From Peribolospora baueri (taxonomy: Eukaryota), in the NCBI GenBank assembly GCA_029717555.1, contig JAMDHS010000077.1:62001-94081 (forward strand): a stretch of DNA of 32,081 nucleotides. The letters are read 5' to 3'. Position 1 is the first letter of the stretch; each line of letters opens with the position of its first letter. The notes under the pieces are model-generated. The model saw only the letters and a program-made list of their open reading frames with translations. It made no database searches and had not been told where the DNA came from. Made by a program: the position numbers and the translations under genes. This document shows positions 11,201 through 22,057 of this stretch, one piece after another.

Positions 11201-12735
11201 TTCGGCAAGTTCGGCGCAGATCCAGAGTCGATCAGGTTTGGCGGCTCATGGCCGAGCTTGGGAACGTTAATGAGCGAGGTAAGGTATTTGAGGTTGGAGC
11301 ATTCGTAGTAGAAACGGCGGAGGTTGTGGTGCTGGGCTCGGTAGCGATCGGCAAGAGGCTGAAGAGCGTCGGGCGAGTCGGTTCCTGTGGAGAGGCAGGC
11401 CTTGGAAATCAGCGGCAGACATATCATTGATGAAATCGAAGCTGACCGAAATGACACGCACTCCGATACATGGCTCTGAGCATGCTGGTGATGAAGCGGT
11501 AAATGCCGTAGCTCTCCTTGACAAGCGGGACCAAGCTCGAGATACGGCACTCGTTGTTCGTTGAAGCGCGGAAGTGGGCGAAAACGAGCTTCTGAAAGGC
11601 CTCGATCTGGTCTTGCAACTTCATCATATCCATGATGGTCTCGAACCTAGAAACGAAGCGGACAGTGGTCGACGGTCAGGTCCGCCTATCTAGGAAGTAG
11701 AGCGGTCCCTCCGTAGCCTAATGCTCTTACCCACCCTTCGTTAGGATCGTCGATACCTTTCAAGCTGATGTACTCCTCATACTCAAAGAGACCATTGAAC
11801 TCGGGATGATGACGGTGAAAACGGAGCTTGGCGAGAATAAGAGAGACATATGCCCGGATAAGGGTGCCATATCCTGCCAGAGACAGGTCGACGATGAGCA
11901 GAAGTAACGACAAAGAAAAGCACAATGAGGAAGGCATTGGGGTCCTCTCACCTCGCATGCCATCACCAACCGTCCGCGCGCAGGTCTCGAACCAACCGAC
12001 CTGAGCCTGAGCTTCCTTCAACGTCTGCATGAAGGGGGCGCGACAAAGATGCGTAGGTTCCAGGTATCATTCATTTAATCGACCCGCGCCAGTCCACTTC
12101 ACCAGCTGAAGAGAAGGACAAAGACGGCTGCTTCATTCCACAAGGAGAAAACACTCACGATCTGATAGCCCTCCTGCAAGACCTTGTGGACGAGAATGAG
12201 AGCCTTGAAGGTCTGCACCTCGTCGCTCAAGATCGGCTGCACTCTCAACCCGGACCAGATGGACTGGGAGGTGTGGTAGTCCCAAGTATACACGATGCAT
12301 TCTGTACGTGCGCATGCGTGAGAGAAGACGAGGGACAGGAAATGAATAAGTTTGGACGAAGCAGACAGGACGTCGGCGAGTTGCCCAGGACCCAACCACC
12401 GCCCTCCCACACAAAGGACGAACAGTCTCCTCTCGACCGAGGTTCCTCAACACCATGGTACGAGCCGGGTGGCCAAGTCACATGGGACATGTGCGACTCA
12501 CTCCTGACGTGCTTCTGTTTCGGCGCTGTCTCCTCCGGGGTGGTGGCCTTCTTGATGTTCTGGCTGAGCTCCGACTCTGCCTTGTCCCTGTCTACGGGCC
12601 GAGTAGGCAGGTGCGGGTGGTCGATGTACGACCTAAGGGATCGGAGGACGAGGAAGAAGACGGGCGCAGGAGCGAGAAGGCGTGAGCTACGTGACTTCCT
12701 TAAATCTAGGGCGAGCTGCTAGGCAGAGCTCACAT
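8209..12735 (-). CDS. SLA2: Sla2/End4 (HIP1R-like) endocytic adaptor with ANTH domain, coiled coil and talin-like I/LWEQ domain; multi-exon
   Basis: N-terminal IKKATTPEETAPKQKHVR|CIVYTWDY (ANTH), LILAKLRFHRHHPEFNGLFEYEEY, coiled-coil region WRNKYEALAKLYSQLR, and I/LWEQ domain FYKRNNRWTEGLISAAKAVA...EQLIVASNEVAAATAQVVAASRVKA...MEQSVKILTLEKNLTEARRLLGEMRR|AGYHAEADTV* (stop 8211-8209). Confidence 0.96.
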
Positions 12736-13041
12736 TGCGTGCCCTTGCTTTCCCGTAGACACCGGCCCTACAAGATTGTTTGTGTGGAGAGACAGGTGAC
12801 GAGAGGAGAAGGGTTATGATGGAGCCGAGGTCGAAGTCGTGCTCGTCGGTGTCGTCTGGTTCGTCGTCCGGTGTCGCTCGCCGAGCCACCAGCCAGCCAG
12901 TGCCGTGCGGATCGCGGCGCTGCCGCCGGCAGGAGGCGGCGATACGCGGACACTGCCGCCAGCCCCGCGCGCTTGGCCCGTGCGCGCCGTCCCGACCTTC
13001 CACATACCACGACGTGACGTGACATGTCGGGAGGACACAGA

Positions 13042-15845
13042 ATGACGTCCGACGGCAAAAGCTGGATGGAGCAGATACACCGTCACGGTAGGGCTCCCTT
13101 CCATCCAAATTCACACGGGTACAAAGTTTTCCGAAATGTCAAGCACTACGGGGCGAAAGGCGATGGAAAGGCGGACGACACAGAGGCAATCAACCGTTGC
13201 ATCGCCGACGGCGGACGATGTGGAGAGGACGGAGGGTCGAGCACTGTCAGTCCTGCCCTCGTTTTCTTTCCTATGGGTACCTAGTGAGTGAAAAGCTCTT
13301 AGAGGCGGCTGAAAGATGTGATTTTGCTTGAATGCATGCCCCTAGCACGCCAAACTCACCTAGGACCGCGTCCTCTGTATCCCGCCGCCGGTAGTCTCAT
13401 CTCCTCTCCCATCATCCAGTATTACAACACCCAGCTAGTGGGAGATCCAAAGGATTCCCCGACTATCCTTGCCTCTCCTCACTTCTCCGGAATAGCACTT
13501 ATTGACTCTAATCCTTACGTTCCCGAGGGACATGGGCGGCAATGGTACATCCCTCAGGACAATTTCTTCCGGTGAGCATTGCCTGGAGAAATGAAGACAA
13601 GGTGGCGGTGTGTACTCAATAGTCCCCATTCTAATCCCCTCTTCCCTTTCTTTCTATTTGCACAGACAAATTCGCAACTTCTGCCTCTCGACTCTTCTCA
13701 TGCCCCCAACAGCCTATGGCACTGGCATCCACTGGCAGGTGGCCCAAGCAACCTCCCTCCAGAACATATCCTTTCACCTTAGCGACCACCCCGACACACG
13801 TCATCAGGGAATATTCATGGAGAATGGGAGTGGTGGGTTCATGTGCGATCTAACAGTTAATGGGGGTAAGTTTGGATTATGGGTGGGAAATCAACAGGTG
13901 GGTCGTTGATTGCCCTGCCAACTTGTCTGGGGCGTTAATGTCCTCACTGACACCGACCGCCTGTCTCCCTATCATTTGGATCCAGTTCACGGTTCGCAAC
14001 GTCAAGATCCGAGGCGCTCAAACAGGCGTCTGCCTTCATTGGAACTGGTCGTGGTGCGTGCGTGTTCCATTATCGTTTATTTCCAGCCTCCCTAACGTGC
14101 ATTCTCTCGTCCGTACTTCGTAATTTTTGCGTCTTATCCATGCACTTCATGGTCCTCGATAACGCGACGAAAGGACCTTCCAAGACATCCACATATCTGA
14201 CGCCAGTCGCGCCGCTTTCGAGATCCGCGTACCGGTCGACGGCAAGGACAAGACCCATCAAGCCGCTAGCTCCTGTATCATTCTTGACTCGAGGTTCTCA
14301 AGAACACCCGTCGGCGTTCTGCTGTCCCCTTCCGGCAATTCTCAAGAGAGCGGTCTCTCGCTCGTGTTGGATAACGTAGATTTGCGAGAGGTCAGCGCTG
14401 CGGTGCAGGTCGAAGATGGGCAGGAAGTGCTCAAGAGCGAAGGTGTGACGACCAAGGTGGACAGCTGGTGCTCGGGCCACGTCTACCAACTCGGAAAGGA
14501 GATGGTCTTCCAACAAGATCACCTTCCCAGAATACACAAGCCCTCCTCCTTGCTGGACAAGGATGGGAGAGTGTTTACTCGGTCCAAACCGCAGTACGAG
14601 AATGTCGGCGAGGAAAATTTTGTTCATGCGCGGGACGAGGGCGCCGCAGGTGGGTAATGAACATATGTTTCCCTCGCGAGCTGTCTTTCTTCGTTGGGGT
14701 CTCCAGCGCTCACGCTCTGTTCCGACGTTGTATGGACGGCCACAGGCGATGGCCTGACAGACGATACGGCCGCCCTCAATGGAGCGCTCCAGAAGGCAGC
14801 TAACTTGGGGAAGGTGCTTTTCCTCGATGCTGGCGTCTACCTTGTCACATCCACCGTCATTGTCCCAGTCGGCTCCAGGATCGTAGGCGAATGCTGGTCG
14901 AACATCATGGCTACTGGGCCTTTCTTTGCCGATGAGAACAGGCCTCGTCCTGTGGTCCTTGTCGGTGGGCCGGAAGAGGAAGGGGTCGTAGAACTCTCTG
15001 ACCTCATCTTCTCTACCCGCGGGCCAACGCCCGGAGCTGTGATGGTTCGATGGAATGTCAGTCAGAGCCACCAAGGCTCGGCGGGTATGTGGGACTGCCA
15101 CATCCGCATCGGAGGCGCGACCGGAACATGTCTGCGCGAGGATATGACTCCCAAAGGCACTTTGCCGCTGCTCGACGACGCCAACTTGGGTCCCTTCCTC
15201 GGTTTACACGTCACGCCTGAGGGCAGTGGCTACTTTGAGAACGTCTGGGTCTGGCTCGCAGATCATGACCTCGACTCGCCTTTTCACGGCCAGCTCTCCG
15301 TCTTCGCGGCGAGAGGAGCGCTAATCGAGAGTCGCCATGCGCCAACCTGGCTGTGGGGAACGGGGTCGGAGCACTTTCAGCTCTATCAGTATCAGCTCAA
15401 TCGCGCCAAGGACGTCTGGATGGGTCTGATACAGACGGAGACGCCTTATTACCAGGCTCGGCCGCCTGCATCGCGGCCTTTCCGAGCTAGAGCTGACTGG
15501 CGCGACCCTGTCTTCGTCGCAACTTCCGAAGGAGGCCTTGCACCGCCCGAGGCGAAGGCGTGGGCGCTGCGGGTGCTAGAATCGGAAGGCGTGCTTGTCT
15601 ACGGTGCCGGGCTGTATAGCTTCTTCGACGACTACAAACAGAACCGCCTGAAAGACGCGAGCTGCCAGCAGCGCGTCGTCGACATCGACAGTCGCTCCAA
15701 CGTCGCCGTGTTTGGCCTCAGCACCGTCGGCGTACGAAGCATGATCGACGTCGATGGTCAGTCGGAGGTTCCCGAAAGCGACAACAGGGCCGGTTTCCCT
15801 AGTGCGATTGGAGCGTATCTAGGGTCAACAAAGACACACTTCTGA
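13042..15845 (+). CDS. Glycoside hydrolase family 55 exo-beta-1,3-glucanase (no signal peptide); multi-exon
   Basis: YKVFRNVKHYGAKGDGKADDTEAIN, ALVFFPMGTY|LISSPIIQYYNTQLVGDP, QDNFFR|QIRNF, GIHWQVAQATSLQN, GIFMENGSGGF, second beta-helix GDGLTDDTAALN, GMWDCHIRIGG, ENVWVWLADHDLD and QTETPYYQ (catalytic Glu motif). Confidence 0.93.
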
Positions 15846-16082
15846 GCGAGAAGACCGTCTCCGCAAAATCTCGAAGGACGCGTCCATTGACCAATGTCAC
15901 GTACGCAGCTATACCCTGTAGTGCACAACGCGCGCAAATAATGGAACAGAATGTTGCAACGCATTGAAAGGTGGTGTACATTGACGAAACGAGCACGAGA
16001 ACATGTTGCATTGTCGTCTACGTCACAGCTCGAAGACAGCTCCCGTTCGAACGCGGCTGCACAGATCGCCCGTGATCACCAT

Positions 16083-19000
16083 TCACCCTCGCTTCGCCCT
16101 GCCCGGCCGAGATTGAGTAGATACCGTGGCGGGAGGTTTGAGGGCATCGGCAAGCATCCGAATCGACTTCTTGGACCGACGACGCAGGCGGTTGCACAAT
16201 TCCTCGTTCGGACCGCCCGGTCGCATGCGTTTCATGAGAGCGGGTCCAGAAGAAGCGGCAGCGTTTTGCTCATAAAGCTTGAGCGCCGCTTGGAGCTCTT
16301 CAACCGTCAAGGAGCACGTCTTGGGTAGGCGCGACATCGGGAAGTTCAGATCTGCGTTACCTAACCCTGCCGTCGCAGACGTGGAAGCGCTGAAGGTGGC
16401 TGAGGCGTGCGTCCGGTCGCTCGAGCCCTCCACCGACTTGACCGTGTTCGCATGCGACGTTGGAAGGCCATGGTGGGGCGGGGCGGGCCGTGCTTGAGAG
16501 AGAGGCACACAAGGTCCATCGCTCCCTCGCACCGTACCTTCCTCCATGCGACGCGCTCGGTCCAACATCCGAACAATCCACCGACCAGAGCGCTTCACCA
16601 CGATCCGCAATCTCCTGTCCGGTTGCAACCCTTCGGCCAAGGAGCGAGAAAGCATGAGGTGTGCGTCATACGGATCTCCAGCGAGCATGTAGGCTTGGAA
16701 GAGAAGCGCAATGGCTGGAAGGTCTGATGCGGGAGGAAGGGCGAGATAGGAAGGGGTTGGTATTGACTCGAGCAGGCGAGAAGGATCGACCGCCGGAACC
16801 GCCGACGGCAGCTCGGACTCTCGCTGCGGAAGTGGAGAGCCCGGAGGCGTCTGCTCTGGATCCTCATCGACGATCCACCTCCGGACGAGGTCCGGCTGCC
16901 CTCTAGCGGCAGCTGATTTCGCCAAAACAGTGAGAGCTTGTCGGTCCGGCACGATTCCTTCAGCCATCATCGCCTCGTACTGCTTTCTTAGCTTGTCCCG
17001 TTGACCCAGCCGGGCATAGCCGTCCATGAGGATTGTGTGCATCACCACGCTACTCTTGATGCCATCCTGCGCCTTCGCGTTCTGCATGACCGTCTGGGCA
17101 GATGCCATGTCCCCCACCTTAGCGTAACCCTCCATGAGGGCCGTGTAGTGGTGCTCAGTTGGCCGTATGCCCTGGTCAAGCATGGTCTGAAAGACGATTT
17201 CGGCTGTACCGGGATCCCGTCGCAGGACGGCGTCCCGCCGCATGCGCAACGCGAAGGCCTGCGAGTCTGCGCGGACTTGGCGGACGGCGAGCGACTGCAG
17301 GAGAGGCTTGGTGGACGGGTCATTTGGAGCGGCGATTCCGACAGAAGTGTCCTTGGACAGCTGGTCAACCAAGTCCGATACGATTCGAGCGGCGCCAAGT
17401 TTATGTCGTTCCTTTGCTGGTCGGCCCCTCCCGTGCGCTTGTTCCCGACTGAGCAAAGCCCGGAGAAGGTAGGTAAGGTGCTCTACGGAAAGCCGGAAGC
17501 CACGGCTCCGCATGAGGCTCATGAATCTGGCCAGCTCCTCCGAGCCAAGATCCAAATCGACTGATAAGTAACGCAAAACGACGTTGAGCGTCGCCGCGTC
17601 CGGTTTGACATGGGCGGCCCTCATCCTCGCGAGCACCCTTGTCGCATCCTCGTGACTGCCCTGCTTGAGCGCGGCTTCGAGGAGAACGGAAAAGATGACC
17701 GAAGTGGATCGGAAGGCTGGTAGCCGCGCAGTTGCACTAGTCGAGCTAGGAGGCGTCGCAGGCGATGACAATGTGGGACGCTCGCAAAGCTCGGTGACGA
17801 AGCGGAGGCCCTCACGGGTCCTCCCAGCATTGATGAAAGTCTTTACCACGGCGGCGACGGCACGATCGAGGCCTTTGAGCGGTCCGTTCAGCTTCCGGTC
17901 CCTCGGTACACCTTCCTCCTCCTTCCACTTTCCCTTCTCCTCCCACGTATGCGTCTCCGCTTTCGCCTCGCCGTCCTTGGCGACGCTTGATCCAGAGTCC
18001 TGCGTTGCCTGTTCTAAGCAGAGTGCTGCTGCCTTCTCGAACATGTCCAGTGCTCCCTTGCAGTCGCCAACCTGGGAACACATTCTGATGATGATCGTGT
18101 ACGTCTCCACATCTGGTCGCGGTGGAGGCGCCGTCGCGGTTCGTCGGGGGTCTCGTGAGTTGATAGCCTTAGGGTCGGACACACGTTGGGCAGATTTGCC
18201 GGTCGAGGACGCAGAGACAAAGGTGCTGTCTTTTGTGAACGACAACGGGAACGGGTCGAATCTCCTAAGGACCTCTAAAGCGCCAACTCTATCTTGCTGC
18301 TGGGCGCAGAGATCCAAAATAGCATTGAGCATCCGGGCATCGACGGTCAAACCGAGCGCATCGCCATCCTCCAAAACCTTCCGTACCAATCCAGGCTGGC
18401 GTCCAAGTCCGCGATAGCCCCTGAGGATCGCCACGTAGGTCGCCTCGTCCTCCGAATGACCCCTTTCCCGGAACTGCTTCAGAACGTTGCCGGCTTGCTG
18501 GAGATCGCGGTTGAAAAGGTGACCTTGCAAGAGGAGGCGAAAAGCGGCGCGCGGCGGGTCGAGTGGCGGGCGAGCCTGAGCAAATTGGTCGAGAAATCCA
18601 CAAAGAAGGTGGAAACTCTGGAGCTTGATGTAGGCTCGAATGCGAGAGATAAGAAGGTACGCGGTCTGCTCGCCGTCGTGATGTTTCGGGGCCATCTTGG
18701 TGAGCCGGACGAGCCCTTGCCATTCGCCTTGACGTCCAAGCCGAGCGCCGATGCTCTCGAACATCTTCAAGGGGACAGGGCGGACATGTTTGCGACTCCA
18801 TCGCAAGAGCCCAAACGCCGTCTCCTTCTCGCCCACCATGATGTAGCCCTCGGCGAGCCGGCCAATAAGGAGCGCTCGTTTCTCGTCCAGCCCACCTCCT
18901 AAATCGCCATGCATGGGTTTCTGCCCTAACTTCATCTCTCCGTGCGGCCGCTTGATGCCGAATCCCCACGCAGCTGTGAGGTGAGCGGCACGCAGGGCGG

Positions 19001-19706
19001 ACCGGTGGAGAGCAGTGTAAGCGGGCTGGGCAAGAATCACGTCGAGGAAGCGAATGAGATCGTCGAGTTGGATTTGAGAAAGCGCCGCGATGTCCATGTC
19101 TCGAAACGTAGCAAACGCTTCCTTCAAGCGGCGTTTTCGAAGGTGATCGCGGAAGGCCACGACCTCGTCTGGCGTATCCGGAGGCGCGGGGGGCGGCACC
19201 ACCAAAGCTGGTGGGGGAGATACAGCGGCGATGTCGTCGGAGAAGTCTTGCCTCCCCTGTGTCGCCGCATCTTTCACCTCTGGAAGCCATTTAGCACCCG
19301 TCCGTCGAACATGTCGATCTCGGTGCACAGGGGCCTGCTCGGTCGCGACCTCTGGAGCCAAGCTCGCGGCGGCAGCACACGTCGCATACCCCCTCCGCGA
19401 CAGGCGCTGGCCACGAGATGGTGACGGCTGGGGGAGAGAAAGGACTGCCCCAGACACCGGCCTGTATTGTGCTTGGTCCCCACGCCCGGACAGCTCTCCG
19501 TCGGCGATCGTATCGCTCCCGGCGAGCAATGACGAGTCCGCATAGAGACGAGGGCAAAGGCATTGTAGGACAGGCGCGTCTTCAGCCGGCGAGGAGACGT
19601 ACGCAGGCTGGCCGGAGACCCACGAAGATGACGATGCGGCCGGAGACTTGAGGGCGGCGAGGTGAAGCTGGCGTTTCGCTGAGCCCCTGCCGACCCTGAG
19701 GAGCAT
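16083..19706 (-). CDS. Mitochondrial pentatricopeptide repeat (PPR) protein, 1207 aa, single ORF
   Basis: Arg-rich, acid-poor N-terminus (MLLRVGRGSAKRQLHLAALKS). Multiple 35-aa PPR-like units, e.g. ATYVAILRGY, RPDVETYTIIIRMCSQVGD, VFQTMLDQGIRPTEHHYTALMEGYAKVGD, VVMHTILMDGYARLGQ..YEAMMAEGIVPD. Confidence 0.88.
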   Translation of the reverse strand: MLLRVGRGSAKRQLHLAALKSPAASSSSWVSGQPAYVSSPAEDAPVLQCLCPRLYADSSLLAGSDTIADGELSGRGDQAQYRPVSGAVLSLPQPSPSRGQRLSRRGYATCAAAASLAPEVATEQAPVHRDRHVRRTGAKWLPEVKDAATQGRQDFSDDIAAVSPPPALVVPPPAPPDTPDEVVAFRDHLRKRRLKEAFATFRDMDIAALSQIQLDDLIRFLDVILAQPAYTALHRSALRAAHLTAAWGFGIKRPHGEMKLGQKPMHGDLGGGLDEKRALLIGRLAEGYIMVGEKETAFGLLRWSRKHVRPVPLKMFESIGARLGRQGEWQGLVRLTKMAPKHHDGEQTAYLLISRIRAYIKLQSFHLLCGFLDQFAQARPPLDPPRAAFRLLLQGHLFNRDLQQAGNVLKQFRERGHSEDEATYVAILRGYRGLGRQPGLVRKVLEDGDALGLTVDARMLNAILDLCAQQQDRVGALEVLRRFDPFPLSFTKDSTFVSASSTGKSAQRVSDPKAINSRDPRRTATAPPPRPDVETYTIIIRMCSQVGDCKGALDMFEKAAALCLEQATQDSGSSVAKDGEAKAETHTWEEKGKWKEEEGVPRDRKLNGPLKGLDRAVAAVVKTFINAGRTREGLRFVTELCERPTLSSPATPPSSTSATARLPAFRSTSVIFSVLLEAALKQGSHEDATRVLARMRAAHVKPDAATLNVVLRYLSVDLDLGSEELARFMSLMRSRGFRLSVEHLTYLLRALLSREQAHGRGRPAKERHKLGAARIVSDLVDQLSKDTSVGIAAPNDPSTKPLLQSLAVRQVRADSQAFALRMRRDAVLRRDPGTAEIVFQTMLDQGIRPTEHHYTALMEGYAKVGDMASAQTVMQNAKAQDGIKSSVVMHTILMDGYARLGQRDKLRKQYEAMMAEGIVPDRQALTVLAKSAAARGQPDLVRRWIVDEDPEQTPPGSPLPQRESELPSAVPAVDPSRLLESIPTPSYLALPPASDLPAIALLFQAYMLAGDPYDAHLMLSRSLAEGLQPDRRLRIVVKRSGRWIVRMLDRARRMEEGTVRGSDGPCVPLSQARPAPPHHGLPTSHANTVKSVEGSSDRTHASATFSASTSATAGLGNADLNFPMSRLPKTCSLTVEELQAALKLYEQNAAASSGPALMKRMRPGGPNEELCNRLRRRSKKSIRMLADALKPPATVSTQSRPGRAKRG

Positions 19707-20071
19707 GGGCGGCTAGGGCTATCTGACCCGCGCTCGTTCTTCGACGGCGAACGGCGAGCGAACGAGCGGGCGGAGAAGCTCAGCTTGGCAACTAGAAATG
19801 AGAGATGAGGGGGTGTGTCATGTGAAGCAGCTCGTGTATGCCCGGAAGCCGCAAGGTGAGGGAGAGGAAGGGCTGGAAAGAAAAGAAAGGAATCGTTCGG
19901 AAGTCGTCCTCGCGTTTCCGGTTCTTCTGAACTGCGAGCAAAGGTGACCGAGCGCGCTTTGGCCGCAGCGTGCGAAAAGCTCACGTGCGCTGACATAAGC
20001 GATGACCGCCGCAGACCTCCTTGCTCGCTCGGGCCACCGTCCATCGCTCCGAAGTCCGCATCCACGCCTCG

Positions 20072-20870
20072 ATGACCTCCCTGCTCGACCTCGCAAATGC
20101 TCTTCCCGACGCCGATGGCGCACCAAGGCCAGGAGCTGGACAGAAAGGCGACGCGTCCAAGGTGCAGAGTTTGTCCCGTCCTCCATTTTCCACGAAGCAG
20201 ACCGCGCGGATCGTAGACGGCGTCCATACCGAGGTCCTTGCTCAGGCGTTCGTCGACAGGATCCTCGTCCTCGTCACGCAGCTCGGCAAGGTCGGATGTC
20301 TGGTGGGTTGATCGCGTGCGCACATACATTTTGCATGAAGAAGAGTCAAATTATTTTAATAATGGCCAACCCTTCTTTCCCGGGCAGATCCAAGCATCCC
20401 ATCCGTCCCCGACGTCCTATGTCTCCTCTACCCTGCTATCCGACAACGATGCTGATGCAGACGCAGATGGCAACCTTGCATCCTCCAGCAAGCTTGCGCT
20501 AAATCTGCCAGCTCCCCACCCTTCCACGACGCTCGAACCACTTCTAGGCTCCCCTCCGCAACCAGGTCAAAGGCTGCTCTACAATCTATACGCCTCTCAG
20601 ATCTCCGCCATCGTCGCACACGACGTTGGCGACGAGCTTGCTCGTTCCGGCGGACCTGATGCGAACATGGCACTCGGAGTCGAGAACCGACCCGTGATCG
20701 TCGGCCTCGCTCTGAACAAACGCGAGAGAAAGCCAGCCGCCGCTGCGCGAGGGGGTCACTCGACGAACGATGACGTGGACGAGGATGATGAGGGCACGAT
20801 GGTGACGGAGAAGGAGAGACTGACTTTTGGAGAGGTCATGAGCATGGTCAAGGAATGTCGGGTATGGTGA
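20072..20870 (+). CDS. Proteasome assembly chaperone 3 (PAC3/PSMG3-like); exons 20072-20302 and 20388-20870
   Basis: TKQTARIVDGVHTEVLAQAFVDRILVLVTQLGKVGCL|IQAS...TLEPLLG...LYASQISAIV...RPVIVGLAL...VMSMVKECRVW*; GT-AG intron 20303-20387 keeps frame. Confidence 0.82.
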
Positions 20871-21142
20871 ATCAGATTTATTTCTTGCCGGCGAGATAGC
20901 GGGGACGAAGTTCCGAGAAGCCGATGGACGGTATAGGATGGACCACCGTATTCGCAGGGACGTGCAAAAGGAACGGGGGCGAGGAAACGCGATTTGACAC
21001 CAGGATTTCAATCCTCGAAGCTCGATAACGACAGCAGTGGAGTGACCATACGATAAGAAACAGTTAAGAACACCCTGCAAAAGAGCCCAGAAGAATAAAA
21101 GAATCGGACGCGTGTACATGTGACCGCTCACGAATGGCTCTC

Positions 21143-22057
21143 CTACTTCGTCTCGGGCACGTCCTCGCCCCTCAGAAACTTGCTCAGGACGTCGAGGAAC
21201 TTGTCAGTCTCCTCGACGTGAGGCATGTGGCTCGACTCTTCGAATTTCACCCACTTGGCGCCGGGGATGCGCTGGACGAAGGGCGCGACCGCGTCGTCGT
21301 CCGCCGCGTCGTACTGTCCGTTGATGACGAGCGTGGGGACGCGCACGCCGTGAACGCGGTCGATGATGGTGTAGTCCTTTAGAGTGCCCACGACGTGGAA
21401 CTCGCTGGGACCGTTCATCGTCTGGTACACCGTGTCGTCCTTCAAGATGGCCGCGAACGAGTTGATCACGTCCGGCGGCATCGGGACGACTCGGCACGTG
21501 TGCCGGGCGTAGAAGACGTCGACGGCCTTGTGGTACGCCTCCGAATTGGTCGTGCCGTCGCACTCGTGCACATCCAGATCCGCCTGGACAGCCTTGGGCA
21601 GCTGCTTGCGGTATCGGGCCGACGCGGCGCTCCAGAGCGGCATCGACGCGGGCGTGTTGGCGATCACGAGCCGTCGGAGACCCTTGGGATGGAGGAGCGC
21701 GTGCTCGGCGGCGAGCATGCCGCCCCAGGACTGACCCAGCACATCATACTCGCGGATCCCGAGCTGCCTCACCAAGTCGTCGAGCTGTTCGCAGAACAGT
21801 TGCACCGTCCAGAAGTCCGGGCCCTTATCGGGGAGGTGGGTGGACTGGCCGTTTCCGATCTGGTCGTAAAAGACCACGGGAGCGCTGTTGCGCTCCGCGG
21901 TGGCGGCGAGGCTGAGCAGGTAATCGTGTGTCGCTCCCGGCCCGCCGTGGAGGACGATGAGCGGGACGGGTCCATCGGGGGACAGGGTGCCGAAGATCTT
22001 GACAAAGATGTTATATTCGCCGAACGGAATCAGTTTCGTGGTGCTTTCAACGGCCAC
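21143..22057 (-). CDS. Proline iminopeptidase / L-amino acid amidase (alpha/beta hydrolase, peptidase S33), intronless; start uncertain
   Basis: LHGGPG oxyanion motif, YDQIGNGQSTHLPDK, nucleophile GQSWGG, GPSEFHVVGTLKD, NGQYD (Asp) and SSHMPHVEE (His). Homology-like region starts near the in-frame GTG at 22057; upstream in-frame ATGs lie at 22256 and 22381. Confidence 0.88.
   Translation of the reverse strand: MAVESTTKLIPFGEYNIFVKIFGTLSPDGPVPLIVLHGGPGATHDYLLSLAATAERNSAPVVFYDQIGNGQSTHLPDKGPDFWTVQLFCEQLDDLVRQLGIREYDVLGQSWGGMLAAEHALLHPKGLRRLVIANTPASMPLWSAASARYRKQLPKAVQADLDVHECDGTTNSEAYHKAVDVFYARHTCRVVPMPPDVINSFAAILKDDTVYQTMNGPSEFHVVGTLKDYTIIDRVHGVRVPTLVINGQYDAADDDAVAPFVQRIPGAKWVKFEESSHMPHVEETDKFLDVLSKFLRGEDVPETK

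Noticed and set aside
19274..20329. 351-aa minus-strand ORF
   Set aside because: Antisense to PAC3 and out of frame with the PPR gene start; no domain features; typical of GC-rich DNA.
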